Origin: Eledone cirrhosa
Lineage: Eukaryota
Length of the DNA: 64,000 bases
Reading direction: 5' to 3'
Assembly: GCA_964016885.1 (NCBI GenBank)
Contig: OZ024740.1
Span: 5,456,001 to 5,520,000, forward strand
A program made the position numbers and the translations under genes. Positions 42,835 through 55,601 of the stretch are shown here, one piece after another (within the stretch, counting starts at the first letter, position 1; every line of letters starts with the position of its first letter). A model generated the notes under the pieces. It searched no databases and was not told the DNA's origin. It saw nothing but the letters and a program-made list of their open reading frames with translations.

Positions 42835-44432
42835 TGTAGGGAGGTGTGGTGGGGTGTAGGGAGGTGTGGTGTGGTGTGGGTGTAGGGAGGTGTGGTGTGG
42901 TGTGGGTATAGGGGTGTGTGGTGTGGGTGTAGGGAGGTGTGGTGTGAGTGTAGGGAGGTGTGGTGTGGGGTGTAGGGAGGTGGGGTGTGGGTGTAGGGAG
43001 GTATGGTTTGGTGTGGGTGTAGGGAGGTATGGTGTGGTGTTGGTGTAGGGAGGTGTGGTGTGGGTGTAGGGAGGTGTGGTGTGGTGTTGGTGTAGGGAGG
43101 TGTGGTGTGGGTGTAGGGAGGTGTGGTGTGGGTGTAGGGAGGTGTGGTGTGGTGTGGGGTGTAGGGAGGTATGGTGTGGTGTGGGTGTAGGGAGGTTTGG
43201 TGTGGGTGTAGGGAGGTGTGGTGTGGTGTGGTGTAGGGAGGTGTGGTGTGGTGTGGGTGTAGGGAGGTGTGGTGTGGTGTGGGTGTAGGGAGGTATGGTG
43301 TGGTGTGGGTTAGGGAGGTGTGGTGTGGGTGTAGGGAGGTGTGGTGTGGTGTGGGTGAATGGAGGTGTGGTGTGGGTGTAGGGAGGTGTGGTGTGGTGTG
43401 GGTGTAGGGAGATATGGTTTGGTGTGGGTGTAGGGAGGTATGGTGTGGGTGTAGGGAGGTGTGGTGTGGAGTGTAGGGAGGTATGGTGTGGGTGTAGGGA
43501 GGTGTGGTTGGGGTGGGTGTAGGGAGGTATGGTGTGGGGTGGGTGTAGGGAGGTATGGTGTGGTGTGGGTGTAGGGAGGTATGGTGTGGGTGTAGGGAGG
43601 TGTGGTGTGGTGTGGGTGTAGGGAGGTATGGTGTGGTGTGGGTGTAGGGAGGTATGGTGTGGGTTAAGGGAGGTGTGGTGTGGGGTGTAGGGAGGTATGG
43701 TGTGGTGTGGGTGTAGGGAGGTATGGTTTGGTGCGGGTGTAGGGAGGTATGGTGTGGTGTGGGTGTAGGGAGGTATGGTGTGGGTGTAGGGAGGGGTGGT
43801 GTGGTGTGGGGTGTAGGGAGGTACGGTGTGGGTGTAGGGAGGTGTGGTTGGGGTGGGTGTAGGGAGGTATGATGTGGGGTGGGTGTAGGGAGGTGTGGTG
43901 TGGTGTGGGGTGTAGGGAGGTATGGTGTGGCGTGGGTGTAGGGAGGTATGGTGTTGGTGTAGGGAGGTGTGGTGTGGTGTGGGTGTAGGGAGGTATGGTG
44001 TGGTGTGGGTGTAGGGAGGTATGGTGTGGGTTAAGGGAGGTGTGGTGTGGGGTGTAGGGAGGTATGGTGTGGTGTGGGTGTATGGAGGTGTGGTGTGGGT
44101 GTAGGGAGGTGTGGTGTGGGGTGGGATGTAGGGAGATGTGGTATGGTGTGGGTGTAGGGAGGTGTGGTATGGTGTGGGTTAGGGAGGTGTGGTGTGGTGT
44201 GGGTGTAGGGAGGTGTGGTGTGGTGTGGGTGTAGGGAAGTATGGTGTGGTGTGGGTGTAGGGAGGTGTGGTGTGGTGTGGGTGTAGGGAGGTATGGTGTG
44301 ATGTGGTGTAGGGAGGTGTGGTATGGTGTGGGTGTAGGGAGGTATGGTGTGGTGTGGGTGTATGGAGGTGTGGTGTGGGTGTAGGGCGGTGTGGTATGGT
44401 GTGGGTGGAGGGAGGTGTGGTGAGGGTGGAGA
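42835..44432 (+). repeat. G-rich minisatellite, 21/26-bp units (GGTGTAGGGAGGTGTGGTGT[GGTGT]G)
   Basis: Repeated GTAGGGAGGT(G/A)TGGTGTGG with a variable number of GGTGT pentamers. Almost no C on the + strand. Confidence 0.95.
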
Positions 44433-44523
44433 TAATGTAGTGTCATAGGGTGGGGTGGAAAGTGGGAGTTGGGGTAAGGGTGTAGCTGGGAAGTAAATCA
44501 TTGGTGATAGTTTTTTTTCTTTA

Positions 44524-47500
44524 ATGATGGTGATGATATTGATGGTGATGGTGATGATGTTGATGGTGATGGTGATGATGGTAATGATGTTGATGGTGAT
44601 GGTGTTGATAGTGATGATGTTGATGGTGATGATGTTGATGGTGTTGATAGTGATGATGTTGATAGTGATGAGGTTGACGGTGATGGTGATGATGTTGATG
44701 GTGATGATGTTGATGGTGATGATGGTGATGATGATGGGGATGATAGTGATGGTGTTGATAGTGATGGTGTTGATGGTGATGATGTTGAGGGTAATGATGT
44801 TGATGGTGATGGTGATGGTGATGATGTTGATAGTGATGATGGTGATGGTGATGTTGTTGATGCTGTTGATAGTGATCATGTTGATGGTGATGATGTTGAT
44901 GGTGATGATGTTGATGGTGATGATGATGGTGATGATGGTGGTGGTGTTGATGGTGATGATGTTGATGGTTATGATGTTGATGGTGATGATGTTGATGGTG
45001 ATGATTAAGATGGTGATGATGGTGATGGTGTTGATAGTGATGATGTTGATGGTGATGATGTTGATGGTGATGGTGTTGATGGTGATGGTGTTGATTGTGA
45101 TGATGTTGATGGTGATGGTGTTGATAGTGATGATGTTGATGATGATGATGTTGATGGTGATGGTGTTGATGGTGATGGTGATGGTGTTGATGGTGATGAT
45201 GTTGATGGTGATGATGATGGTGATGATGTTGATGGTGATGGTGTTGATAGTGATGGTGTTGATAGTGATGGTGTTGATAGTGATGGTGTTGATGGTGATG
45301 ATGTTGATGGTGATGATGTTGATGGTGATGATGATGGTGATGATGGTGATGGTGTTGATTGTGATGATGTTGATGGTGATGGTGTTGATAGTGATGATGT
45401 TGATGATGATGATGTTGATGGTGATGGTGTTGATGGTGATGGTGATGGTGTTGATGGTGATGATGTTGATAGTGATGAGGTTGATGGTGATGGTGTTGAT
45501 AGTGATGATGTTGATTGTGATGATGTTGCTGTTGATGGTGATGATGTTGATAGTGATGATGTTGATGGTGATGATGTTGATGGTGATGGTGTTGATGGTG
45601 ATGATGTTGATGGTGATGGTGTTGATAGTGATGATGTTGATGGTGATGATGTTGATGGTGATGGTGTTGATGGTGATGATGTTGATGGTGATGGTGTTGA
45701 TAGTGATGATGTTGATGGTGATGATGTTGATGGTGATGATGTTGATGGTGACGATTAAGATGGTGATGATGTTGATGGTGATGGTGTTGATAGTGATGAT
45801 GTTGATGGTGATGATGTTCATGGTGATGATGTTGATGGTGATGATGTTGATAGTGATGATGTTGATGGTGATGATGTTGATGGTGATGATGTTGATAGTG
45901 ATGATGTTGATGGTGATGGTGTTGATAGTGATGGTGTTGAGTGTGATGGTGTTGATTGTGATGGTGTTGATGGTGATGGTGTTGATTGTGATGGTGTTGA
46001 TGGTGATGAAGTTGATGGTGATGATGTTGATTGTGATGGTGTTGATTGTGATGGTGTTGATAGTGATGGTGTTGAGTGTGATGGTGTTGATTGTGATGAT
46101 GTTGATGGTGATGGTGTTGATGGTGATGATGTTGATTGTGATGGTGTTGATTGTGATGATGTTGATGGTGATGGTGTTGATTGTGATGATGTTGATGGTG
46201 ATGGTGTTGATTGTGATGATGTTGATGGTGATGGTGTTGATTGTGATGATGTTGATGGTGATGGTGTTGATTGTGATGATGTTGATGGTGATGGTGTTGA
46301 TGGTGATGATGTTGATGGTGATGGTGTTGATAGTGATGATGTTGATTGTGATGGTGTTGATTGTGATGATGTTGATGGTGATGGTGTTGATTGTGATGAT
46401 GTTGATGGTGATGGTGTTGATGGTGATGATGTTGATGGTGATGGTGTTGATAGTGATGGTGTTGAGTGTGATGGTGTTGATTGTGATGGTGTTGATGGTG
46501 ATGGTGTTGATTGTGATGGTGTTGATGGTGATGAAGTTGATGGTGATGATGTTGATTGTGATGGTGTTGATTGTGATGATGTTGATGGTGATGGTGTTGA
46601 TTGTGATGATGTTGATGGTGATGATGTTGATTGTGATGGTGTTGATTGTGATGATGTTGATGGTGATGGTGTTGATTGTGATGATGTTGATGGTGATGGT
46701 GTTGATTGTGATGATGTTGATTGTGATGGTGTTGATAGTGATGGTGTTGAGTGTGATGGTGTTGATTGTGATGATGTTGATGGTGATGGTGTTGATGGTG
46801 ATGATGTTGATTGTGATGGTGTTGATTGTGATGATGTTGATGGTGATGGTGTTGATTGTGATGATGTTGATGGTGATGGTGTTGATTGTGATGATGTTGA
46901 TGGTGATGGTGTTGATTGTGATGATGTTGATGGTGATGGTGTTGATTGTGATGATGTTGATGGTGATGGTGTTGATGGTGATGATGTTGATGGTGATGGT
47001 GTTGATAGTGATGATGTTGATTGTGATGGTGTTGATTGTGATGATGTTGATGGTGATGGTGTTGATTGTGATGATGTTGATGGTGATGGTGTTGATGGTG
47101 ATGATGTTGATGGTGATGGTGTTGATAGTGATGGTGTTGAGTGTGATGGTGTTGATTGTGATGGTGTTGATGGTGATGGTGTTGATTGTGATGGTGTTGA
47201 TGGTGATGAAGTTGATGGTGATGATGTTGATTGTGATGGTGTTGATTGTGATGATGTTGATGGTGATGGTGTTGATTGTGATGATGTTGATGGTGATGGT
47301 GTTGATGGTGATGATGTTGATGATGATGGTGTTGATAGTGATGGTGTTGATGGTGATGGTGTTGATTGTGATGGTGTTGATTGTGATGGTGTTGATAGTG
47401 ATGATGTTGATGGTGATGATGTTGATGGTGATGATGTTGATGGTGATGTTGTTTATAGTGATGATGTTGATGATGATGATGTTGATGGTGATGATGTCTA

Positions 47501-47545
47501 TTGTGATGGTGTTGATGGTGATGATTAAGATAGTGACAATGATAA
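44524..47545 (+). repeat. 15-bp minisatellite GTTGAT(G/A/T)GTGAT(G/A)(A/G)T built on (GAT)n
   Basis: Strict 15-bp register from ~45360 to 47460, looser (GAT/GGT)n on the left. Confidence 0.95.
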
Positions 47546-47789
47546 TAGTGGAGTGGAGATGGTGGTAATGATGATATTAAGACTCATGTGAGTGAAAGTG
47601 ATGTTAGTGGCGGGGATGGTGGTGGGGTGAAGATGGGTTAGTTGTGGTGGTGGTAGTGGTGATGATGATTTTGAGGAGGAGGAGGAGGAGGTGACATCAA
47701 AGAAAATAGATTCAAAATTGTTTTTTTCTTTACATTTCTTTTTTTTTAATAGGTCATGTTATTTTTTATGTTTACATAAAAACATACCA

Positions 47790-47969
47790 ATATATATATA
47801 TATATAAATACATATATATATATACATATATACATACATATACACATATATATATGTATGTATATATATATATGTGTATGTATGTATGAATATATATATG
47901 TATGTGTATATACATTGACATACATATATATACATATATATATGTGTGTGTGTATGTGTATATACATTG

Positions 47970-48029
<60 letters not shown>

Positions 48030-48087
48030 CTCCACAATATATACAGAGGTGTATATATATATATACACCTCCACAATATATACAGAG

Positions 48088-48143
<56 letters not shown>
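47790..48143. repeat. TA/TACA microsatellite with the first copies of the CACCTCCACAATATATACAGAG minisatellite
   Basis: TA runs, with the unit at 48027 and 48066. Confidence 0.9.
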
Positions 48144-48146
<3 letters not shown>

Positions 48147-48257
48147 AAATTAAGATAATTTAAATGAATTTAATCCAAATCGAAATTGTGGGTGTTATGT
48201 CATAATGGCATGCGCCATATCGCCTGGAAATAAGCTCAAAGATATATCCGAGCATTT

Positions 48258-48897
48258 TATAATAACTAGAAATTGATTAACATATAAATATACATGAATA
48301 ATCACAGGAGATAATTTTTACACGCGTGTAACCACGCATAGCTAGTTTGGGTAATAATTACATTTATACCTTTACGTATGATTAACCTTCCCTGTATATA
48401 TCCCATTAAAGAAATATATTTCACCAATTAATCAGATGGTAAGTCACGGAAAGTGGATATTATTGGATTCTCAACAAGAAAGAATAATGTCCAGCTATCC
48501 ATGCTCACACAACGAGTTCAAATCCTCATCTGGCCGCTACCACGTGTTGCGTCTACACATCACAGCAGCTTCGTTTCAGTGGCGTGAATAGGTATTCGAA
48601 AACTAGAAATAGCAGTCAAATTCAGATGAGGATTTGAACTCGTTGTGTGAGCATGGATAGCTGTAAATTATTCTTCCTTGTTGACAATCCAATAATATCC
48701 ACTTTCCGTGACTTACCATCTGATTAATTGGTGAAACATATTTCTTTAATGGGATATATACAAGGAAGGTTAATCATACTTAAAGGTATAAATTTAATTA
48801 TTACCCAACATAGCTATGCGTGGTTACACGCGTGTAAAAACTATCTCCTGTGATTATTCATGTATATTTATATGTTAATCAATTTCTAGTTATTATA
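48258..48897. mobile_element. Foldback/MITE-like long inverted repeat (275-bp arms, 90-bp spacer)
   Basis: 48258-48532 is the reverse complement of 48623-48897, with about 11 mismatches by eye. Both ends are TATA. Confidence 0.85.
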
Positions 48898-49138
48898 TAT
48901 ATATATACCTCCACATATATACAGAGATGTATATATATATACAGAGATACATATATATATATATACACTGCCACAATATATAGAGAGATGCATATATATA
49001 TATATATATACACCTTCACAATATATACAAAGATGCATATATATATATATATAAATATATATACACCTCCACAATATATACAGAGATGTATATATATATA
49101 TATACACCTCCACAATATATACTGAGATGCATATATAT
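48898..49138 (+). repeat. TA-rich minisatellite CACCTCCACAATATATACAGAGAT(G/AC)(TA)n
   Basis: About 6 units separated by variable TA runs. Confidence 0.9.
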
Positions 49139-49533
49139 CATCATCATCATCATCATCATCAACATTTAACGTCCGTGTTCCACGCTTGCATGGGTTTGGA
49201 CGGGGGTATTCCCACTTGAGGCAAGAGTGAGTGTCTTGCTCGCATAGGACTGTCTGGCAGGTTTTCTACAGTTGGATGCCCTTCCTAACACCAACCACAT
49301 TTACAGTGTGGGTCTGGGAGGTTTTTACCGTGTTGCCTACACGGCCACATTACAGCGTGGACTGTGTGTTTTTTTGTCGTGACACCTACACGATCTCATT
49401 TGTTTCGGCCTGGATGGTGTGGCCCCAACATAACTTTACATAGGAGGGGGTGGTGTGGATGGGGTGGGGGTGGTGGGACGGGGGTGTATTTTGTTAGAGA
49501 TGCCTACCGGCTGTAGTAGGTTTTACTATGTAT

Positions 49534-52500
49534 TTAGGTAAGGAGGGTCTTCTCTATTACTGAATACCGCCAAAGGTCTCGGTCCAGTGACATTGTCTTG
49601 GAGAGGTGTAAGTGCGTGAGGTCGGAGTTTATCAGCTCGTCCCAGGTTTTTCTAGGTCTGCCTGTTCCGTGGCTACCGTCTATCTTATTGCCCTGCACTT
49701 TGTTATACAGCTATCGACTTACATGCGCATCACGTGTCCGTACCAACGTAGCCTTCTCTCGAGTAAACAACATCTGATCCCTCTTATTTCTAATTTTTTC
49801 CTTAGTTCGTTTATGCTTTGCCGTTCACGTATATTACTATTACACATCCAGCGGAGCATGCAAGCTTCGTTCCTCTCTAGTCTGCGTATATCCTCTGCAC
49901 ACAATGCCCAGGTCTCACTGCCATGCAACATTGCTGTTCGTATGCAGGCATCATACAACCTGCCTTTCATTTTTAGGGAGAACCCTTTAGCGGCTAATAG
50001 TGGTATAAGCTCTCTGAACTTTTTCCATCCAGTTCTGACTCTAGCTACTGTACTTTCAGAGCACCCTCCCCCACTGCTGATTTTGTCACCCAGGTAACGG
50101 AAGCTGTCCACTATTTCTATAGGGCCCTCTGCGCAGTTGTAAGAGCTAGTATTTTGTGGGCACTCGCTGCTACTTATTGCCCCAGAGCACCGCCCACATG
50201 TAAAATCTAAGTTCTTAGTTAGCTTACCTGTGATCCCACTACATCTTTTATGCACCCATACTTTGCATTTGGGACATAAAATGGAGTTTCTAACTACGCC
50301 TTTCCTACACACTGAGCATGGCCATTTCCTGGAAGGGACCGCCGCCTTATTTTCTTTCCTACAAACTAGAACTTTAGTCTTAGCCAGGTTAATTTTAAGG
50401 CCTTTTGATTCTAGGCCGTGCTTCCATGTTTGGAATTTCTTCTCTAGCTCGGCCATTGATTCAGCTATGAGTGTCAGGTCATCTGCGTATAGGAGTTCCC
50501 ATGGGCAGCCGGTCTTGAACTCCTCTGTTATAGCCTGAAGGGCAATAATAAATAGTAGGGGGCTGAGAACAGAGCCCTGATGGACACCAACTTTTACGCT
50601 AAACTCTTCACTATATTCGTTGTTAATTCTAACCTTGCTGACTGTTTCTTTATACATGGCTTGTATAGCTCTCACAAGCCATTTGTCGACACCTAGTTTT
50701 CTAAGGGCCCACCAGATAATGGAACGGGGGACTCTGTCGAAGGCTTTCTCCAAGTCGACAAAAGCTAAGTAGAGGGGTTTACCTTTAGCTAGGTACTTCT
50801 CCTGTAGTTGACGTACAATGAAAAGAGCGTCTGTGGTACTTTTGCCTGACACAAACCCGAACTGCATTTCATCTAGGTCAATTCTCTCTCTGATTAGTTG
50901 CGCTATTACTTTTTCCGTGACCTTCATGACCTGGTCGATTAATTTAATGCCTCTATAGTTACTCCTATCTAGGGCATCTCCTTTACCCTTATAACAGTTA
51001 ACGATGATGCTGCTATGCCAGTCCTTCGGAACAACCCCATTCTGTACGACTTGGTTAACTATCCGGGTGACCATGGTGTGTCCCACCGTGCCAGATGCCT
51101 TCAGCATCTCAGCAACTATTTCCGAAGGCCCAGCCGCCTTACCCGTCTTCATATCCTTGATTGCCTTACTTATACTACCCTCGACTAACACTGCTGGTCC
51201 CTCTATTGGGTCGATGTGGGGGAGACTGTCTTTCTCCCATTTATTCTCCTCATTTAGTAGCCTTTCATAGTGACACTTCCAAGCTACCTTCTTATCAGCG
51301 TCGGTGATGGCAAGTACGCCGTCATCATTAAGTACACACTTCTCCCCGACAATATCATGGTTTTCCTTGACACATTGTCTAGCAATCCTGAACACCTCAC
51401 GTTTTGGTCCTCGCGTTGTAGAACATGCTTGAACTTTCTTTCCTCTGCTTCCCTTCTTGCGAAGTACACTTGTCTCCTAGCTTCCCTCCTGGCCACTTGA
51501 TAGTCTTCTCTACTTCCCCCATCCCGCCATACTTTCCAAGCCTGCTTTTTGGCCTTAATTGACCCCTCTACCTTACTGTTCCATCACCATGTTACTCTCC
51601 TCCTGCCAACTGGCCTGCTCCAGCCAGATACTTCGTCTGTCGCCATCAGCAGGTTTGCTTTCAGAAATTCCCACTGTCCCTCTATATTGTCCGACTCTAA
51701 ATGCTCTTCCTTACTGTCGAAAGCATCAAGTAATATGCTTTGAAATTTATTTCTGGCTGTGGAGTCCCTTAGCTTCCATATTTTTCTCCTGAGGATAGTC
51801 CTCTTCTGCTGTCGAGTACGTCTCGTCCTGACTATGAGGTCGCTAATTATCAGTCTATGTTGGGAGGTGCATTCTTCATGGGGGAGGGATTTAGTGTTTA
51901 CAACAGACACTCTGTCACGTCTTCTGGTAAGGATATAATCTACCTGGCTTGTGTGTTCCCCGGATCTATAGGTGATCAGGTGATTGTCACGTTTTTTGAA
52001 GTTAGTGTTACAAATAGTTAGGTTATTTGCGTCACAGAATTCCAGGATTCTGGAGCCTTCCTCATTTCTAGTACCAAACCCATAGCCTCCATGGATTTCG
52101 TCGTAGCCATCACAATGTTGTCCAACGTGACCATTTAGGTCGCCTGCGATAATTATATAGTCACTGTCGGTTATTTGGGAGGTAGTGAGCATCAGTGTCT
52201 CATAGAATCTGTCTTTTATAGTGCCGGGCAGTCCGGATTGGGGTGCGTACACAGATATTACTGTCACGGTAGTTCTATTGAGGACAAGTGTTATTTTAAT
52301 TATTCTGTCGTTCACTCTATTTACGTCTATTATCTTATCTGCCCATTTTTCTGCTACCATGATTCCTACTCCACCCAGCCCATCTTCGTTTCCCGTCCAG
52401 AAAAGCTTATAACATCGTTTTTTACCCTCAATGAATCTAGCAGACCCACCTCTCCACCTGGTCTCTTGAATACAACAAACATCGACCTCCTTACGTTCAA

Positions 52501-52751
52501 GCATTTCTACAACCTCGTTAGCGCGACCCTTTAAGGTGCCTACATTTATGGTACCAACTCTGAAGTTTTGGATTGCGGTGGGGGGCGGGGGGCGATGGGG
52601 TTATGTTAGCCGTCCGCGGTCGAAACAAAGAGGAGTGCTCGCATTCTCGTCCACGAGGTGAATTTGTCTTTATCTTTGGCATTGTCGCTGAGCGTCCAGA
52701 TTTTTCTCTCTCTTCCACTTTCCAGGATTCCGTAGTCCATCCATCCATCAT
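49534..52751 (-). pseudogene. RTE polyprotein pseudogene: AP endonuclease + reverse transcriptase + PHD-like finger
   Basis: EN motifs: FRVGTINVGTL, VDVCCIQETRW, GDLNGHVG, SQVDYILT. RT motifs: NYRGIKL, QFGF, AFVDLEKAFDRVPR, GVHQGSVLSPLLF, LLYADDL. C-terminus RLRWYGHVMRM...GRPRKTW. Lesions: probable frameshift ~52590, nonsense TW*WN at 51584, frameshift ~51400, stop at 49719 and a further frameshift ~49680. Confidence 0.93.
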
Positions 52752-52785
52752 ATATCGAAAGGCAACCAGGCAAGCGATAGTATAG

Positions 52786-52886
52786 GCCTCTGGCTTATGA
52801 TTGGTTCGCGTAATAATAATGGTGATGCGTGGGGGCTCTGGCTTATGATTGGTCCACGTAATAACAATGGTGGTGCGTGGGGGCTG
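52786..52886. repeat. ~50-bp direct duplication in the putative RTE 5' UTR
   Basis: CTCTGGCTTATGATTGGT..CGTAATAA.AATGGTG.TGCGTGGGGGCT twice. Each copy reads CCAAT on the element-sense strand. Confidence 0.85.
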
Positions 52887-53358
52887 GAGGGAGGGGTGTT
52901 GGGTAGCTAGCTAGAAGGTAATGATTGAATGAGGTCCTCGTATTTAACAAGCGATTAACAAAAATACAAGATTTGTTCTGTTCAATACGACAAAAACTCT
53001 CGTATTTAACAAGTAATGATAACAAAAAATGCAGTATTGTTTTAGCAATAGATTGGATGTTTTGGACTGGATACGAAATAGAAGTGTGGAGGTGGAGATG
53101 ATAGAAAAATATGTACATTATGTTACATGATATGCTGTGGAAGGAAGAGCAAGGAAATTTGGCGAAAGTGATTTACTTGAAGGGGTTTATCTTATATATA
53201 TATATAGCTAAGAGAGAGAGAGGGGGATGGGGAGAGAGAGAGAGAGAGGTTTGGCCGCATGATGTAGGTATTGGGGTGGTTGACCGCCAAGCCCTCGTGA
53301 AGTAGAGGGAGGGGTCGAGGGCTAGTAGAAGCGGGAGTTTAGAGTTTTCGAAAGAAGA

Positions 53359-53580
53359 TATATATATACACCTCCACAATATATACAGAGATGCATATAT
53401 ATATATACACCTCCACATATATATATAGAGATGTATATATATATACACCTTCACAATATATACAGAGATACATATATATATATACACCTCCACAATATAT
53501 ACAGATATATATATATACACCTCCACATATATACAGAGATGTATATATATATATATACACCTCCACAATATATACAGAAC

Positions 53581-53631
<51 letters not shown>

Positions 53632-53730
53632 CTCCACAATATATACAGAGATACATATATATATATATATATATACCTCCACAATATATACAGAGATGTA
53701 TATATATACACCTCCACAATATATACAGAG

Positions 53731-53768
<38 letters not shown>

Positions 53769-53785
53769 CTCCACAATATATACAG

Positions 53786-53831
<46 letters not shown>

Positions 53832-53856
53832 CCACATATATACAGAGATGTATATA
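53359..53856 (+). repeat. TA-rich minisatellite CACCTCCACAATATATACAGAGAT(TA)n
   Basis: About 11 units. Confidence 0.92.
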
Positions 53857-55601
53857 TTTTTACTGTTGAAAACCAGAATGTACCATCTCCACCATCTCTA
53901 ACATCAAATTCCATAACCACTATGGAATTTACACCTGCAATGTTGCGACGTCACCTTAAGAATAAGCGCAACTATGCCTCCCCTAGTCTTGATGGTGTTA
54001 CATACCTGCTTCTCAAACGTGGCGGGTATTTCCTTTTGCGCCAGCTTTCTTTCTTCTTTCAATACTGTCTCAACAATGGTGCTACTCCGGAGCAGTGGAA
54101 AACTGCCAGTGTCATTCCCTTGTTCAAAAAGGGCAACCGCATGTCACCTGTCAACTATCGTCCAGTCAGTCTTACTAGCTGTATGGCCAAACTGATGGAA
54201 TCCTGTGTCAGAGAAACACTTTGGAACTTCTGGAGCTCTCACAGCCTCATCTGGCCCTCACAGTTTGGATTTATCCCTAACTCCAGCTGCTGTGATCAGC
54301 TTATCGAGTTCCTTGAAGACATCACCCGGATCACTGACAGCAGCTCATGGGTGGATGTTGTTTACCTTGACTTTGCTAAGGCTTTTAATTCTGTGCCACA
54401 CAAAAGACTTATGGCAAAACTCTCTGCAATGGGTGTGAGGGATGATCTTTTCGACTGGTTGAAATCCTTCATTCTCAGCCGAAAAGAGGTAGTCATGGTT
54501 CTAGGACAGCATTCTTCACCATATGAGATGTCATCTGGTGTACCACAGGGATCTGTTCTTGGTCCCCTTTTGTTTGTGGCATATATTAATGACATAAATG
54601 CCAACTTACAGAATGCCACGGTACTGAAATATGCAGATGACATCAAGCTGTACCTTGAAATCAAAAGGACTGATCCTGAAATCTACAACTCTTTCCTACA
54701 ATCAGACCTGGACACAATGCAGCAATGGATCACAGACTGGCAACTGAAGCTGGCTGTAGACAAGTGTACCACCATGTATTTTCGGAGGAAAAATCCAGCA
54801 TCCACATACTCCCTCCACAGCATTGATATCAAGAAGTCCTCTTGTGAACGTGACCTGGGCATTACTGTCAGCAGCGATTTGCGTTGGACAAAGCATATCT
54901 CTAAGATTGTCAAGAAGGCCGAGGGTGTCTAGGCATCACTCAGCAAGACCTTTGTTAGCCGCTCTCCAGCCATCTATTTAAAACTGTATACAGCTATGGT
55001 ACGACCACACTTGGAATTCGCATCATCAGTCTGGGACCCCTATCTTGCTCAGAACATTGACTTCCTGGAAACTGTTCAGAGACGTGCAACCAAGCGCATA
55101 CCCTCCATCAGTCACCTACTATACTCTGAACGCCTTGCTTCCCTGGGCATGGATTCATTGAAGCTCTGACGTCTGGCAATGGACTTGGTAAATACCCACA
55201 AAGTTTTTAACCATCTTGCCAATAACCACCCTGAGCACCTTTTTGATCTCCATGTGTCTAACACACGTCGACATGCCTACAATATCAGAAAACAGCACAT
55301 TTCCCATGACTTTTGTAGACATTTTTTCACGCTCAGAGTTGCTGAAACATGGAACAAACTGCCTGTGTCAGTTGTGAGCTGCCGAGACACTGCATCCTTT
55401 AAAACCCTTATTCTTCCTGAAATACGCCAAAACTACACCTGATGTACCCCTTCCATACACATGCACACATGTGTATATCATGACTCATGCACTGTTCATT
55501 TTCCTGACGTTTGTACATTACCCTATGTACTATACATACACTTTTTGATGAGTTGTAGTGCACCTGAGCACTGTACACAATATTTCATTATTATTATTAT
55601 T
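53857..55601 (+). mobile_element. 5'-truncated CR1-like LINE (RT and 3' end), with in-frame stops
   Basis: [66 protein letters not shown]. Stop at 54930, then the frame continues with LYTAMVRPHLEFASSVWDP and VQRRATK. Second stop ~55167, ORF end 55442, (ATT)n tail 55587-55601. No endonuclease domain. Confidence 0.92.

Larger units (their letters stand above)
49139..53358 (-). mobile_element. Near full-length RTE-clade LINE (disabled)
   Basis: Single EN-RT coding region, (GAT)n tail at 49139-49160, 3' UTR 49161-49533, putative 5' UTR 52752-53358 (5' end approximate). Flanked on both sides by the same minisatellite. Confidence 0.93.

Noticed and set aside
42835-44432. Telomeric repeat
   Set aside because: TAGGG occurs once per 21-26-bp unit, with no tandem TTAGGG.
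44031-47568. 1014-aa Met/Val/Leu ORF, 596-aa Ile/Thr/Asn ORF, and alternative Asp-rich (DGDDV) or mucin-like (STSSP) frames
   Set aside because: Translations of a triplet-based minisatellite. No non-repetitive coding flank, and the Asp-rich and Ser/Thr/Pro frames contain stops.
53391-53856. N-terminal YIYI extension of the 513-aa RT ORF
   Set aside because: Minisatellite read-through. True LINE homology begins at ~53857 (FTVENQ).
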